A stretch of 64,000 bases of DNA from Eledone cirrhosa (GCA_964016885.1 OZ024740.1:350858001-350922000), one strand, 5' to 3'; counted from the first letter of the stretch, positions 49,078 to 62,962 are shown. Made by a program: numbers and translations. Notes: generated from the letters alone by a model not told the origin.

Positions 49078-50756
49078 CATATATATATACACACACACAT
49101 ATATATATATATATAAACGTATAAATTTACAAACGTAGGAAACTTACTCATTTCGTATAGTAGAATTAATTTTGTCTAAACTGACGCTCCCTTTCTTTGT
49201 TACTGAGTTTCTTCTCGTTTTCGCTTTTCATACCAACAAAACAGGAAAAACGGAAAAGAGAAACACGAGTACTTCAGAGGGAAGTTTCGCTTTTAGAATG
49301 ATTTGCTTTTAAACATAGCTGTTTTTAGTTAACATTTTTTATCTTGTTAACGCTAACTTGACTGTTGTTTTTCATTTGGATGGCGTACCTGAACTATTTA
49401 TTATCTAAACAATTCTATATTCATATGCTGTCTAAAGCATAATATTGTGCATTTACTTAGTTGTTGTTTTTTGTTGGTAAATATGGTGGAGGTAGTGCGT
49501 CGCTAATATAATCATACGAATGTGTAACATGTCCCCCGGTTTGTCTCATGTACATACCGTAAATACCTTTTAAATCGTATAATATTAGTCAGCCATTAAT
49601 ATTATGTGATCTACTATGCTACGAAAACGTTTACTCGTTAATTCTTCAGCAAAATACAGAAAGTCAAAACGTTGTTGATAAACACGAATACGCGAAATGT
49701 ATCTGCATTCTCTCTCACTGCCGATGGAAAACATAATGTGAATCATCTACTAATATTATTTTTCGTTTACTAGCTATTTAAATAAATTCAGCTTTCAGAT
49801 GTCTAGTAGCGGCACACTGTATAGGAGAGTCAATATGAAGTATATCGCCGATGTTCTCTCTATATATTCTCTAATTGAAGTACATTCTTTTGTCGGATCT
49901 TATCAGCAATGTGCACACTTAAACCAAAACTTATCTAACAGCGTTTTTTATTTTTTTTCTCTTTGTTTTTTAGAATCGCATATTTTGTTTCTTGATATCT
50001 CCTGCTTCAAAATTCGTATTTCAGTTTTGCAAAAATGAAAAATGTCAATATTACATATGAATTTAATCTATTGCAAATTATTCTTTTATTTTTCTACTGT
50101 CGCCTGGAACATTTTTCTGACATTTAGAGAAACTTTAGAATTTTCTCCGTTCACCTCTGCCCCTTCCACCCCCTCTCACTCTCCTGTTCTCTCTTTCTCT
50201 CTCTCTATCTCTCTCTTTCTCTTTCTATCAAGCTATCTATCATACAGAAATAATTATTCATTTTTCTTTTCTTGCCGTATCATTTTATATGTGTATGTGT
50301 GGAAGGTGTGTGTATGTATGTGTGTCTGTGATTGTGTGTGTGTGTACGCGTGTGTATGTATGTGTGTGTGTGTCTCTGTGTGTGTATGAATAGAGAACAC
50401 ATTTGTATTCATAAATTAAAAACACAACTGTGTTAAAGTTAGATCTTTTATAAAGATTTTTCAAATGTAACAGTTCATATATTTGATTTTTGAACAATAG
50501 CGTCCTTAAATCCAGAAGTCAATTAACACAGACGTTTATAAGCCGCATTCCCAGAATAAAAACTATTGTATCAGAGGCGTATTATTCGAATGTTTAGCAA
50601 TAGTTGCAAAGAACGGTGAGTGAAATCTTCAACACCGAATTTTCAAAGAAATTTACCAAAAGGTTTGGTAGTGTTCATAGTTTGTACCTTTGTTTTCAGT
50701 GTTCGTTTATAGTTTGTTTGTCTTTTTTTAGTAAAGATTCCATCTATCTAGCTATC

Positions 50757-50841
<85 letters not shown>

Positions 50842-50855
50842 CCGACTTTTCCACC

Positions 50856-51121
50856 CAGTACTCTAGTCTGTTCTGGTCCACCTGGTTGCTTACCACACTT
50901 CCTTTGTTATATGTATATATAAATATAAATATATAAAACGAAGGAAGTCTGGTAAGGAACCAGATGGACCATAACGCACCAGAGTACTCAATATTTAGGG
51001 TAGTAGAGTGGGTAATAGGAAAATGTTTAACCCCGACGGCAGAGCTCAAGCCGTTTCCACGGCTATTTCCAGAAATATCCGTCGAAACGGCTTGAGCTCT
51101 GCCGTCGGGGTTAAACATTTT
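50856..51121. repeat. Fold-back repeat family in (TA)n: inverted repeat 50856-50988 and hairpin 51020-51121
   Basis: Arms are reverse complements; same family as 57959-58015 and 58887-59081. Confidence 0.85.
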
Positions 51122-51122
51122 G

Positions 51123-51183
<61 letters not shown>

Positions 51184-51214
51184 TATTAATAAAATAGATG
51201 TTCTTTTGATCAAT

Positions 51215-51273
51215 TACATTTTATTATACATATTTCGGATGTACAACAGTACGTCCTCATCAGACAAAATATA
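51215..51273 (-). ncRNA. Type I hammerhead ribozyme (mirror copy)
   Basis: Reverse complement of 51379-51437. Confidence 0.8.
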
Positions 51274-51378
51274 ATGATACATGACATACCCTGAGATGTA
51301 AAATGGTTAAGATTTAATCAAGGTACTACCTTGATTAAATCTTAACCATTTAACATCTCAGGGTATGTCATGTATCAT

Positions 51379-51437
51379 TATATTTTGTCTGATGAGGACG
51401 TACTGTTGTACATCCGAAATATGTATAATAAAATGTA
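51379..51437 (+). ncRNA. Type I minimal hammerhead ribozyme
   Basis: UAUAUUUUGU CUGAUGA GGAcGUAC-uguu-GUACaUCC GAAA U-augu-AUA / AUAAAAUGUA. Stem I is 10 bp, the core is intact, and cleavage is predicted after 51427. Confidence 0.82.
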
Positions 51438-51572
51438 ATTGATCAAAAGAACATCTATTTTATTAATACTTATATTAATAACTCCTGAAAATTATTTTCC
51501 GTTGAGTGCTTCAAATCTACTGTAAAAATCATTTTTTCACATAATCATCGAATATTGTTTAACAATTTAATA

Positions 51573-51609
<37 letters not shown>

Positions 51610-52620
51610 GAATGTATATATAGTGTATTTTGCAATACACTGTATGCTTAATAAAAAGCATTTTGAAGACCTTATGCTATTGTTTTAGAGTAGTGACAGA
51701 CTCACTTACTTTAATTTCAGCAAACAGGGGGAGATAAAGCTGGCAAGGCCTTGTTTCTGCATTTATTGATGCTTATCAAAGCCAACTACTCATCCCGTTT
51801 GCTGTGAACCTGGATGTTTTGGTTCTTATAGAATTCTAGTAAATAATCAGGAACTGATTATACAGAGCGGTTGCCGGTCAAGCAGAAATTAAAAATTAGA
51901 ATTGTTGCTCTGAAATAGCTATATATATATGAATGTATATATAGTGTATTTTGCAATACACTGTATGCTTAATAAAAAGCATTTTGAAGATCTTATGCTA
52001 TTATTTTAGAGTAGTAACAGACTCACTTACTTTAATTTCAGCAAACAGGGGGAGATAAAGCTGACAAGGCCTTGTTTCTGCATTTATTGATGCTTATCAA
52101 AGCCAACTACTCCTCCCGTTTGCTGAGAACCTGGATGTTTTGGTTATTATAGAATTCTAGTAAATAATCAGGAACTGATTATACAGAGCGGTTGCCGGCA
52201 TAAGGTCTTCAAAATGCTTTTTATTAAGCATACAGTGTATTGCAAAATACACTATATATACATTCATATATATATAGCTATTTCAGAGCAACAATTCTAA
52301 TTTTTAATTTCTGCTTGACTGGCAACCGCTCTGTATAATCAGTTTCTGATTATTTACTAGAATTCTATAAGAACCAAAACATCCAGGTTCACAGCAAACG
52401 GGATGAGTAGTTGGCTTTGATAAGCATCAATAAATGCAGAAACAAGGTCTTGTCAGCTTTATCTCCCCCTGTTTGCTGAAATTAAAGTAAGTGAGTCTGT
52501 CACTACTCTAAAACAATAGCATAAGATCTTCAAAATGCTTTTTATTAAGCATACAGTGTATTGCAAAATACACTATATATACATTCATATATATATAGCT
52601 ATTTCAGAGCAACAATTCTA
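51610..52620. repeat. 321-bp unit in tandem (51610-52198) followed by an inverted tandem run (52199-52620)
   Basis: Units start at 51610 and 51931; orientation flips at ~52198; (TA)n flanks. Confidence 0.92.
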
Positions 52621-52647
52621 ATATATATATATACATATATATATATA

Positions 52648-53467
52648 CACGGGGTGTGTCAAAAACGTAACACGATTTAGTGTGTTGTGTGAGCTATAAC
52701 TCGGGTAGGGATTAGCAGATTGCGTCACCGTGTGAAGTAATATCACGAGCGTATATAACTGCTCTCCGCAACCATTGCATGTTTTTTCATGTGATTTTGT
52801 TTACAGCTCCTCAATAACCCGTTGAGCGATAGTCACATAGCAACGAACCAACCTGAAATATTTCTTGTCCAGATTGAAACACTCGGAATACTGCAGCAAG
52901 TGTACAGGGAGTGTGACGATGTCGCACTCTCGGATTTTCGATTAGTACAAAATATTAAAGAAGGTCACGAGGACGTGGAAGATAACCCCAGGAGCAAAAG
53001 GCCTTTCACGAGCAGGACTGCGACCAGCGTTGAGCACGGGAGGCACATGGCGAGTGGTGATCGTCGATTGACTTTCCAACTCATCACCTGTGAGCTAGCA
53101 TGAACTGCGACATTTGGAAGGACAACTTGTTGCTGCGTCACCAGGGTTGTGCGCCGGCTCACAACGTCCTCAGCATATTGTAGTTCTTGGCCGTGAAGAA
53201 CATCGCCATTCTGGAGCAACCTCCGTACTCACCCGACCTGACTGCATGTAATTCTTTCCTTTTCATCAAGCTCAAAAGGTCATCAGAATGACACCTTTTT
53301 GCCGTACATGGAGAATCCTTCTAGGCGTGCATGTCAGGATCGCAGAGAAGGATAACAAAATTCGTTAGACAAGAGGGTGATTATTTCAATGGGTAGTTTG
53401 TAAGTTCGTACTTTGGATTTTAAATACTTTTTGCGACCCAGTCCTGTCTCTTTCCTGATGCACCTTG
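52648..53467 (+). mobile_element. Decayed, internally deleted mariner element
   Basis: TA-flanked imperfect TIRs (cacggggtgtgtcaaaaa / tttcctgatgcaccttg); IKEGHEDVEDNPRSKRP HTH-like segment; PPYSPDL at ~53220. Confidence 0.85.
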
Positions 53468-53483
53468 TATATATATATATTTA

Positions 53484-54207
53484 TATAATTATAAGTTTGA
53501 AGAACAGTGAGATAAAATTTACCTAATTTTTCTTCTTAGTGCGTAGAAATTAACCAGATCAATAATCAATTAACCGGAGCTAAGTTTCAAATGTAAGTTT
53601 GAAGAAGTAATAGATAAATGTTACCAATATTCCTCTAGTCCCCACTGTCGACAGTTTCGCTTGTACTTTGTAGGTAATCCTTGTACTTAATGCCTAATCA
53701 TTGCATTATCCAAGAGGCACCAATCTGAGGAGAGATTTTTTGCAAAGGTAACCTTTACACATATATGTATCTATGCTTATATTTAAATACATAAGTTTGT
53801 TTTAACTCCCTTACGGTTGAGTAAATTTAGGTAGTAACTAACTGATTCTTCTAGCAATGAACTTACTGGCCATCTGTGTACCCTTCACAACACTTCCGTC
53901 TTGATCGCTAGCCACGTCATAATATTCACCCCCTTCAAATTCGTTACTGGCGGTCTTGAATGAAGGAGTCTCTTGATAAGCTTGGAGCCTCGTGGATAAT
54001 GCAACGTTTAGACATTTCCACAAAGTGCAAGTGAAACTGTCGACATTCGGGACTAGAGGAATCTTGGTAACATTTATCTATTATTTCTTCAAATTTACAT
54101 TTTAAACTTAGCTCCGTTTAAATAATTATTTATCTGGTTAATTTCTCCAGACTAAGAAGAAAAATTAGGTAAATTTTATCTGACTGTTCTTCAAACTTAT
54201 AATTATA
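53484..54207. repeat. Diverged inverted repeat (~188-bp arms, ~350-bp spacer), probable Penelope pLTR fold-back
   Basis: 53484-53671 versus 54020-54207. Confidence 0.88.
53966..54048 (+). ncRNA. Variant (U3-A8) type I hammerhead ribozyme motif
   Basis: GAGUCUC UUGAUAA GCUUG...GUGGA...UCCAC...CAAGU GAAA CUGUC / GACAUUC; 6 of 7 stem I positions pair. Confidence 0.6.
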
Positions 54208-54310
54208 ATATAACTATGATTAATAATTATTTATTTAATTCATTCATTAAGCCACACCGTTGAAGGTAGCCTACACTCTATGCTTAGGTTTAAATCTATG
54301 TGTTCCTTAT

Positions 54311-54404
<94 letters not shown>

Positions 54405-54406
<2 letters not shown>

Positions 54407-55020
54407 GAGACATACATGTTCAACGACTAAAGGATAAAACGTGAAAGTGTTTTACCATAATTGTCCACTATTAACCCCAGAATATCGAAATATTTCGCCC
54501 CCAGATACCTTCCTATATGTAGATCAAACAGCAAAGTTGAAAAAATGTCTTGAAAAATAACATCATCAAAAGTAAAAGAGAGCCCAAAACATTAAAAGAT
54601 ACATCACTCAGGCACAAACCCATGAAGCAATAATCAACCCAACTTTTACAAAATGCGGAAGATCAAACTGTGCGACTTGCTTATAATTAATTGAATGAAC
54701 AGATGTTGAAATTTAAAGATGGACAAACCTTCATAGTAAATGAAAAGTTTATCTGCAAGGCTGAGAATTTAATCAATGTCATAACATATTGTAAATGTCT
54801 TGAATATTTCATTGGACAGAATGGATCGTCTTTACGCACAAAGGATGACCACACGCAGCCAACAAATCCTTAATGAAAAAAACAGACAAAACCTCTTACA
54901 ATACGTGCAGAAATAAACGTACCTAACTCTACAATACCCCCTTTCTACAAATGTTCAGATTCAATAACGGAACACCATAGAATCAACAAGGAAAGGACAT
55001 TTATTAACAAAGATAAGCCA
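54405..55020 (+). pseudogene. Penelope-like element remnant (linker Cys motif + GIY-YIG endonuclease)
   Basis: KCGRSNCATC followed by FICKAENLINVITYCKCLEYFIGQNGSSLRTK matches the PLE pattern C..C...F.C...N.IY.I.C..C...YIGQT...LR.R. Confidence 0.8.
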
Positions 55021-55196
55021 TATAATTTTCATTCATTAGTTATATAATTGTTTCTACGTTTGGCACAAGGCCAGTATTACCCAGAGCATTACCGGTACTT
55101 TATTTTATGAACTAAAGACATAAATGGAAAACTTGGTTAATTCTAAATATAAGCTGCCCATATCTTATGTAAGCACATTTATGTGTGTACAACCCA

Positions 55197-55241
<45 letters not shown>

Positions 55242-56469
55242 GTACACATACTACAAGAAAGAAAGAATTCAAAGACAAGACAAAAAATATTTTAAAATGA
55301 ACGATTAGAAAAATTGACAATTTCATTAAGGATCTCTTCAAATTATCAAATTTTAGTAGAAGTTCGAGAAAAATTTGTTTGCACAGCAGTAAACCTCAAC
55401 CTCACTCACACCCACACACTCTCACGCCATGGAACAACTTAATATTATCCATATTTGTATTTTTATTTCCTATTATTTCCATTTTTATTTTTATTTTTTA
55501 ATTTCTAATATTATTGATCCAGTAACCAGAACAAACCATATGATTTTCGAAAACTCTTATTAAATAGAATATTGAACTTTGACTCAATGAAATCAACCCA
55601 CTGAAAGAAACTCCGTGACATTTATCTTTATTTGTATTTTTATATTCATGTGACGATAACAAATTCTAGAATTTTCTATGACCAACATTTAGTTGAAATG
55701 TTATCGTTCGAAATCTACTACCACTACTAAAACCACACAAAATACATGACAGTATATATAAGGAGGCGCATCAGATAAAGAATACCATATATTTAATAGT
55801 TGGCTAAATATGAGAACTGAAATTGTTAAAATAAATAAATTATTATTTGGAAAGGTCTTCATGATCAATTGAAACTGGTAAAACTTAAATGTACCAAATA
55901 TAGAAATATTTGTTTTGTCTAATTAAAGAATAAGAAACACTTTATATACAGTTTCATGCATTTTACCTTTTACTCTCTCCTCTCTCTCCCCCCCCCTCTC
56001 TCTCTCTCTTGATATATATATATATATACATATGCATGTATGTATATATGGACATTTTTAACGAAAATACGGAAATCCTGAAAATAATTAAAAGAATTCA
56101 TTAACATTGCCTTCTATGAACACCATTTTTACTACTTTGAAGTCACTTTTCATGTTTTATAATAGTCAAAAAGCCATTAAAAATGTTGATAAACAGTTGA
56201 AGCAATTACATATTTCACATCAAGTGAACCTCGACTTATGATTCTATATTTCGCGATAAAATTTTGTTGATAAAATTTTCATAAAAATGTAAAAATATTA
56301 ATATTAATAAAATAAATCAAGACAAATATTAATGCATGATTAAAATTGATTAATTTTCTTTAAAGTGATTTTTGAAAATCTTAACGTTAAACAGCTTTTA
56401 TAAGAGGAATTCTTATTTTTCTGTGATACGTGTATGTTATAGTAATAATGGATTTTGTTTTTTTATAAA

Positions 56470-56722
56470 TTAATATTTCTAATTTAGGCACAAGGCCAGT
56501 ATCTTTTGGGGAAAAATCAATTATATCGATTCTGGTGCTTGGAAGTTACTATATTTTATCGACCATTTACGTTCCGATTTCAAATACCACCGAGATTAGC
56601 TTTGCCTTTTATTCTAATGGTGTGGATAAAACAAAGTACCAGTAATGCATTGGGTTCGATTTAATCAACTTTTCCTTCCTTCTCCCTACAAAAATTTGTT
56701 GGCCTTGTGTCTAAATCAAAAA
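56470..56722. mobile_element. Two diverged Nin/Deu-core SINE fragments in opposite orientation
   Basis: ggcacaaggccag...ttttatcgacc on minus, then ctttgccttt...aaagtaccagtaatgcattggg...ggccttgtgtctaaa on plus. Confidence 0.65.
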
Positions 56723-57703
56723 CCATATTTTATCGATCCACGAAGTTGGTTTCGATGGGACTTGATTTCAGCACGTAATAAATAGTTGTCAGTAATTCTG
56801 CCATTTACTAATGGTGATGGAATGGACAATCGTCTGTTTCAATTATGAGTGTTCTACTCGTTCGGCCTACTTCATTAATCTGCTTGTCAAATTAATGTTC
56901 AGGTACCTAAGTATTCCATCCTTACATGTACTCATAAGGTAATTCTCAAGGGGTTCTCCAGCGTGGACAACTTTGGCCTTTTGAATTACATTTACAGCTC
57001 ATCCGACAAGCTTCTAAGCAGTTTTCTGCTTCTCAATTTCGCTTGGAGAGTCTCGAGACTGTGATATATATAAGGTGCTTAGTATGCCAAACAGTGAGAT
57101 TGAACACGGGGCATTATTATTTCAAAGCGAGCATCTTAACCATTCGGCCATGCTCCGCTCGCCAGTCTCTAACAGTGAAACATAGATACCATAACAGTAA
57201 TATTGAGAACAAGAGGAGGAGGAATATATTGACGAGGATGATGAACTCTAAAAGACATGATGGCATCTGTGCTAATTATGTTTATATTTTACTTTCGTTT
57301 TTCTCATCTCATTTTTGCAACTTTTTCATTTACTTAATCTCATAGACAAGACAGTTTGAATAAGAGCACACTTCACCATAAACGTGAAGATAGCACAATT
57401 TCGTACATATTCATCAAAATAAACAGGAAAATACATCTTATATGTACATATATCCATATATACAAGTTATACACACCACACCATGTTCGTTTACTTGTTT
57501 GTGTTCTTTATCTTCCATATTGATTGAGCCTAATATCAAAAGTATTAAGACTTAGTAGATATAAATCTAATAAACTAAATGAAAAATATATTGAATCATG
57601 TCTTAGTGGATGTGTCTCCTATATACATATGTGATTACGTATCTATTTATGCATGTATATATATGCAGTCAGAAACACATACATGCACTCCCACGCATCC
57701 CAT

Positions 57704-57771
<68 letters not shown>

Positions 57772-57798
57772 ACATATATATATATATATATATATGTG

Positions 57799-57830
<32 letters not shown>

Positions 57831-57864
57831 CATATATATATGTATATATATATATATATGTATG

Positions 57865-57958
<94 letters not shown>

Positions 57959-58200
57959 GGAACGAGTAGGACCCCGACGGCTGAGCTCAAGCCATTTCGA
58001 CGGCTAATTCTGGACTAAATAAACATTTTTATCCTGGTATTTGAATAGCCGAGCTATATATATATATATATATAAGATATCCGATATCTATATTGCTTTA
58101 TTGTACTACAATAAAACTCACCTCCTACATTATATATATATATATAGCATATATATAGCATATATATATATATATATGTGTGTATATATATATATGTATA

Positions 58201-58290
<90 letters not shown>
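57704..58290. repeat. Compound (CA)n/(TA)n microsatellite region with a half-hairpin insert at 57959-58015
   Basis: Direct inspection. Confidence 0.9.
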
Positions 58291-58291
<1 letters not shown>

Positions 58292-58775
58292 GCATACATA
58301 CACACATTAATATATGTGCACTCATGTATAACTATTTCTGCCTCCGGAGGATTAATATTAAGAATTTACAATTTTTTTTACAGATTCTCACCGTTTCAGA
58401 GATTAATTGGTTGTGTAGCTTGCATGTATAAAATTTCTTATATTATGCATTTGTTTATGTATATATATTTTTTATTGTTTTCTTTATTTTTAAAGAACTT
58501 CAGATATTTTCACTACTTAAGCTTATTTTATTTTGTTATAAACAACTGCATAGCTGGCTGATCATCCATTCATGATAAAGCCGATCTTTGAAGAAGAAGC
58601 AAATGAATTCTTTCAAACTAGTGCGCGAAATAAAATTTTTAAATATCTAACTAAAGTGCTTTGCTGGGGAAGAACATAAATGGCTCAATATTAAATTGAT
58701 TAACAGGCTTTACAGTTTCTTGTTACATCAAACACACACACACACACTCACACACACACACACACACACGCACAC

Positions 58776-59120
<345 letters not shown>

Positions 59121-60645
59121 TATATCGCAGCGCATGAACACACCATTCTTTATATTAATTTTAGCCCCTCAGCACTTCGTAAAAGTCCAAGACGTTTAGT
59201 CAAACACGATTAGTGTTGACATTTAAAAGCTGTGATTCAGCTAATTTAAAACAGTAACAGTTTTCACGGTCTTCTTACTTAATCGCGTAAAGCAACTACC
59301 CGGTATCTAGGAGATATAGGGTTTGTATCTTCATAGTGGTTGATGGCAACTTTCTTTTCCGTCTTTGATGGTCTTCAACCTATTTTATAGCATTTCCGTG
59401 CATTAGCACACCTTCTTTATATTAATATATATGTGTGTAAGTGATTATAATGGGATATTCCACTATTACTTTTGATAGGTGAGAAATGCTCAATGCAGGC
59501 TAAATGTCCTCAGCATGTTAGGAATTTAAAACAAACGAAATACTCTTCCAAAGGTTAAAACTCTTTCTGATGGGGACAGTGAGAGTAGCAGAACATAAAT
59601 ATATAAAATGAAGAGAGTCAAGTTTACCAAATTAAATCCATTTTTTAATATCTACGTTCGTTTCTATACAGGCGATAACGGTACATGCATATATGAACAA
59701 CAAGTCAATGGGAAAGAATTAATTAACAATTATTTACACAAAACACAATACCGCATATCATCAAGAATTATTAAAAGGGATTGAATTTAACCAAATACAG
59801 TATCAAATGTTGGACATAAGCAAGCACATAAAGAAGAACGCAAGCGAAGCAGGGTGGAAGTACAAAGTTGTAAAGGAGTATGTTTTTATGTTGAAGTAAT
59901 CATATCTACTTATATATATAACCAGCAATTTCTCTGTCTGTCCGACAGTGGAAACACGTGCGTAGAGAGAGAGTGAGAGTGAAAGAAAGAGACAGACTAC
60001 GAGAGGGGGATAGCGGGAGGGAGAGAGGGGATGAGAGTGAATAGACGCTAAAACACGTGCTACAGAAATATTACCTTCCCCTTCCTTTCTCCACTTTGGT
60101 ACTACCAAGAGAAAAACTGTCGCTATAGTTACCTTCCCCTCTCCACTGACTTTCATCACTGAGGCCGAGGGAATCGCTGGTTGCTATAGAGACACCTTGC
60201 ACAAGCCAGAAGTAACCAGTTCGAGGCGGTTCTGACTTGACACCATGCAAGGACCATTTGAAGAAGGCTGCCATTGAATTTGTGGTTTGAAGAAGGTTGC
60301 CATTGAATTTCTGGTTGTTGCTGCTGATAATAAGGACCATTTGAAGAAGGTTGCCATTGAATCTCCTTATAATATATAACCAGTAATTTCTCTGTCTGTC
60401 TGTCCGACAGTGGAAACACGTGCGCGCGTGGTTACTATCTCTCTCTCTCTCCAGCTATCCCTCTCTTTTAGTCTGTCTGTTTCTCTCACTCTCACTCTTT
60501 CTCTTTGTAACACACTAACATTCCTCCCCTCTATCGCTGTGACGAATGGGGAGATGGAGGTAGAGGAGGAGGAGAGAATCACTTCGTCACTTCACCTCTG
60601 CCTTTCTTTCTCTCCCCTCTCGCTCCCTCATTATGTACAGACATT

Positions 60646-60837
60646 AGGGCGGTGGATTGGCAGAATCTGTAGAGTCGGACACCATGCTTCATAGCATGGA
60701 GTTACGTCCCTTTACGGTCTGAGTTCAAATACCGCCGAGGTTAACTTTGCCTTTCATCCTCACGGGGTCGATAAAATAAAGTACCAGTAATGTACTGGGT
60801 CATTGCTGGCCTTGTGCCAAAAGTAGAAACAATTATT
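60646..60837 (+). mobile_element. Full-length Nin/Deu-core SINE
   Basis: Matches the 44571 copy. Confidence 0.92.
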
Positions 60838-60954
60838 AGAAACATTGCTTCATTTTTACATATCTAAGCATTAGTAAAATAACTAATAATTTCAAAAGTA
60901 ATTTTTCAATTCCAATTGTTATGAACAGCAAAACATTAATAATAATTTTGTTCT

Positions 60955-61113
60955 AAGAAATATATATACATTTCTGTGTGTGTAATATATATATATACAC
61001 ACAGAAATATATATACATTTTTTCTGTGTGTGTAATATATATATATATACACACACAGAAATATATATATATATATATACACACAGAAATATATATACAT
61101 TTCTGTGTGTGTA

Positions 61114-61148
<35 letters not shown>

Positions 61149-61205
61149 GAAATATATATACATTTCTGTGTGTGTAATATATATATATACACACACAGAA
61201 ATATA
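60955..61205. repeat. ~50-bp minisatellite with an internal palindrome
   Basis: acacacagaaat-atatatac-atttctgtgtgt-gtaatatat units. Confidence 0.85.
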
Positions 61206-61974
61206 TGAGCATTTCTCTGTTTGTCTGTCTGTCTGTCTTTCCCTAAAACTCAAATGTAGGTGCTACAGAAATATTACCTTCCCTTTCCTTTCTCCACTTT
61301 GGTACTACCAAGAGAAACACTGTCGCTTTAGAAACATTACCTTCCCCTCTCCACTGACTTTGGTCACTGAGGCCGAGGGAATCGCTGGTTGCTATAGAGA
61401 CACCTTGCACAAGCCAGAAGTAACCAGTTCGAGGCGGTTCTGACTTGACACCATGCCAAGTCTACTTATAATATATAATGGGCATTTCTCTGTTTGTTTG
61501 TCTGTCTGTCCCTCTGTAAAAAATGCCCAGGAAACAAATAGACGCGGTTTCAAATCTCTATGCTTTTTAAATTCATTACATTAATCTTTATTTATACGTT
61601 TCGCTTTTCGAGTGTTTCGACTTACGAGTGTTTCGGCTTACGAGTGTTTCGGCTTATCATTATATATAAACGTTTCTATTTCCATCGTTTTATCGTAAAC
61701 GTTTATATATGTCCATCGTTATATCATAACGTTTATGTATCATAACGTTTATATTTCCGTCACTAATCTCTTTTTCTCCTTTTTCGTTTTAACATATATT
61801 TATTTCAAAGATTTCACCGTATAGATAACATATATATTTATACATGCATAAAAGACACACCGAGAGACGGTGAACATGTGGTGCCGAAAACATTTCTCAT
61901 CCAAATCTCAACAATATCAGTATATACACTAGATTTGCTAACAGAAAACCGCCCACCGGGTCGTTTTCTGCTAG

Positions 61975-62958
61975 TCTATATATATAAAACAAAGGATGTC
62001 TGTCTGTGTAAATCCCTAAAATCCTAGAAGTACCCGACCGAATTTGTTCAAACTTTACACATGCGTTTCTTATATTTCCTGAAGTGCAATGCGCTAAAAA
62101 ACTCAACTTTTTCTGCCCTAGGCGAAAAACCGCATTTTTTAGGCATTTTTTAGGCGTAACTTAAAGATAATCCAGCCGATTTCCTCGAAATTTGCAGCAC
62201 ACATTAATTAGTCCCCTTGCATTGCTGTGGACAAAGGAAAATTCCGATTACATTAATGGTTTCAAGGAAATTTACGAATTAGCATTGGGCATTACATGCC
62301 ATTTTCATTTTCAGTATAAACGCTACTTAAACATCGTATAATATTTCGTTAAAAATTTGCTTATTTAACAGAGGACACAACACTTACTTACCTTTAAGCA
62401 AAACCATTTTTGTGGGATTGAGGAAATGAGGAGGTCCTTAAAATTTTTGTCGGCGCCCTGTTGACGCTTCGTGCTTTCATCACGCACAAACCTGGGGCCT
62501 GTGTACGTTGCCGTAAAACTCACGTCTGTTCTACTTCTACTAAGACGCCTTTTGTTGCACCTCCACCGCAGTATGAACGCTCTGCGCAAGTACGCCGAAC
62601 AGCGGTTGTGCTAATTCCGCAGTGACCCCTTTTGTCGCACATAGTCATAACTGATGATAACTGTCCGGATGACTGGGTGCGAATGTATAAAACTCGAAAA
62701 GTACCTAACCGATTTTCTCCAAATGGAAGAAAAATCATACTCTAAGATTTAGTACGCTTAAAGAGTATCCAGCTGATTTTCATCAGATTTTGCACATGCA
62801 TGCAGATGTTTCACGATACGTGCCTGCTGGTGTTCTACGTTTCCAGTAGATGAACAATCATTCCCTGAGAATAAGGGAATTCAAAAAGTACACAGCTACA
62901 TTCCTCAATCTTTGCATGTGTGTTTCCTACCCCGTGCAACGCCGGGTCCAGCTGCTAG
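61975..62958 (+). mobile_element. Non-autonomous Helitron
   Basis: 5' TCtatatatataaaac..gtctgtctgt; 3' accccgtgcaacgccgggt..gCTAG|T. Confidence 0.8.
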
Positions 62959-62962
62959 TTAG

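Larger units (their letters stand above)
51177..51475. repeat. Near-perfect 299-bp palindrome centred at 51326
   Basis: Arms pair around aaggta-c-tacctt; I saw one mismatch. Confidence 0.95.
59905..61974 (+). mobile_element. Composite non-autonomous Helitron-like region with repeated 5' ends (59905, 60362, 61461) and a 3' end at 61974
   Basis: 5' TC-tacttata..atatataa..atttctctgtctgtc motifs; 3' hairpin agaaaaccgcccaccgggtcgttttct followed by gCTAG|T; internal duplication 60057-60247 ~ 61260-61456. Confidence 0.65.

Noticed and set aside
58585-58625. ttgaagaagaa...ttctttcaaactagt, hammerhead-like
   Set aside because: GAAA is absent and there is no stem I; too degenerate to call.
60250-61656. 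Short spaced repeats as a possible CRISPR-like array
   Set aside because: They are tandem or minisatellite units without unique spacers, in a eukaryotic context with no cas genes.
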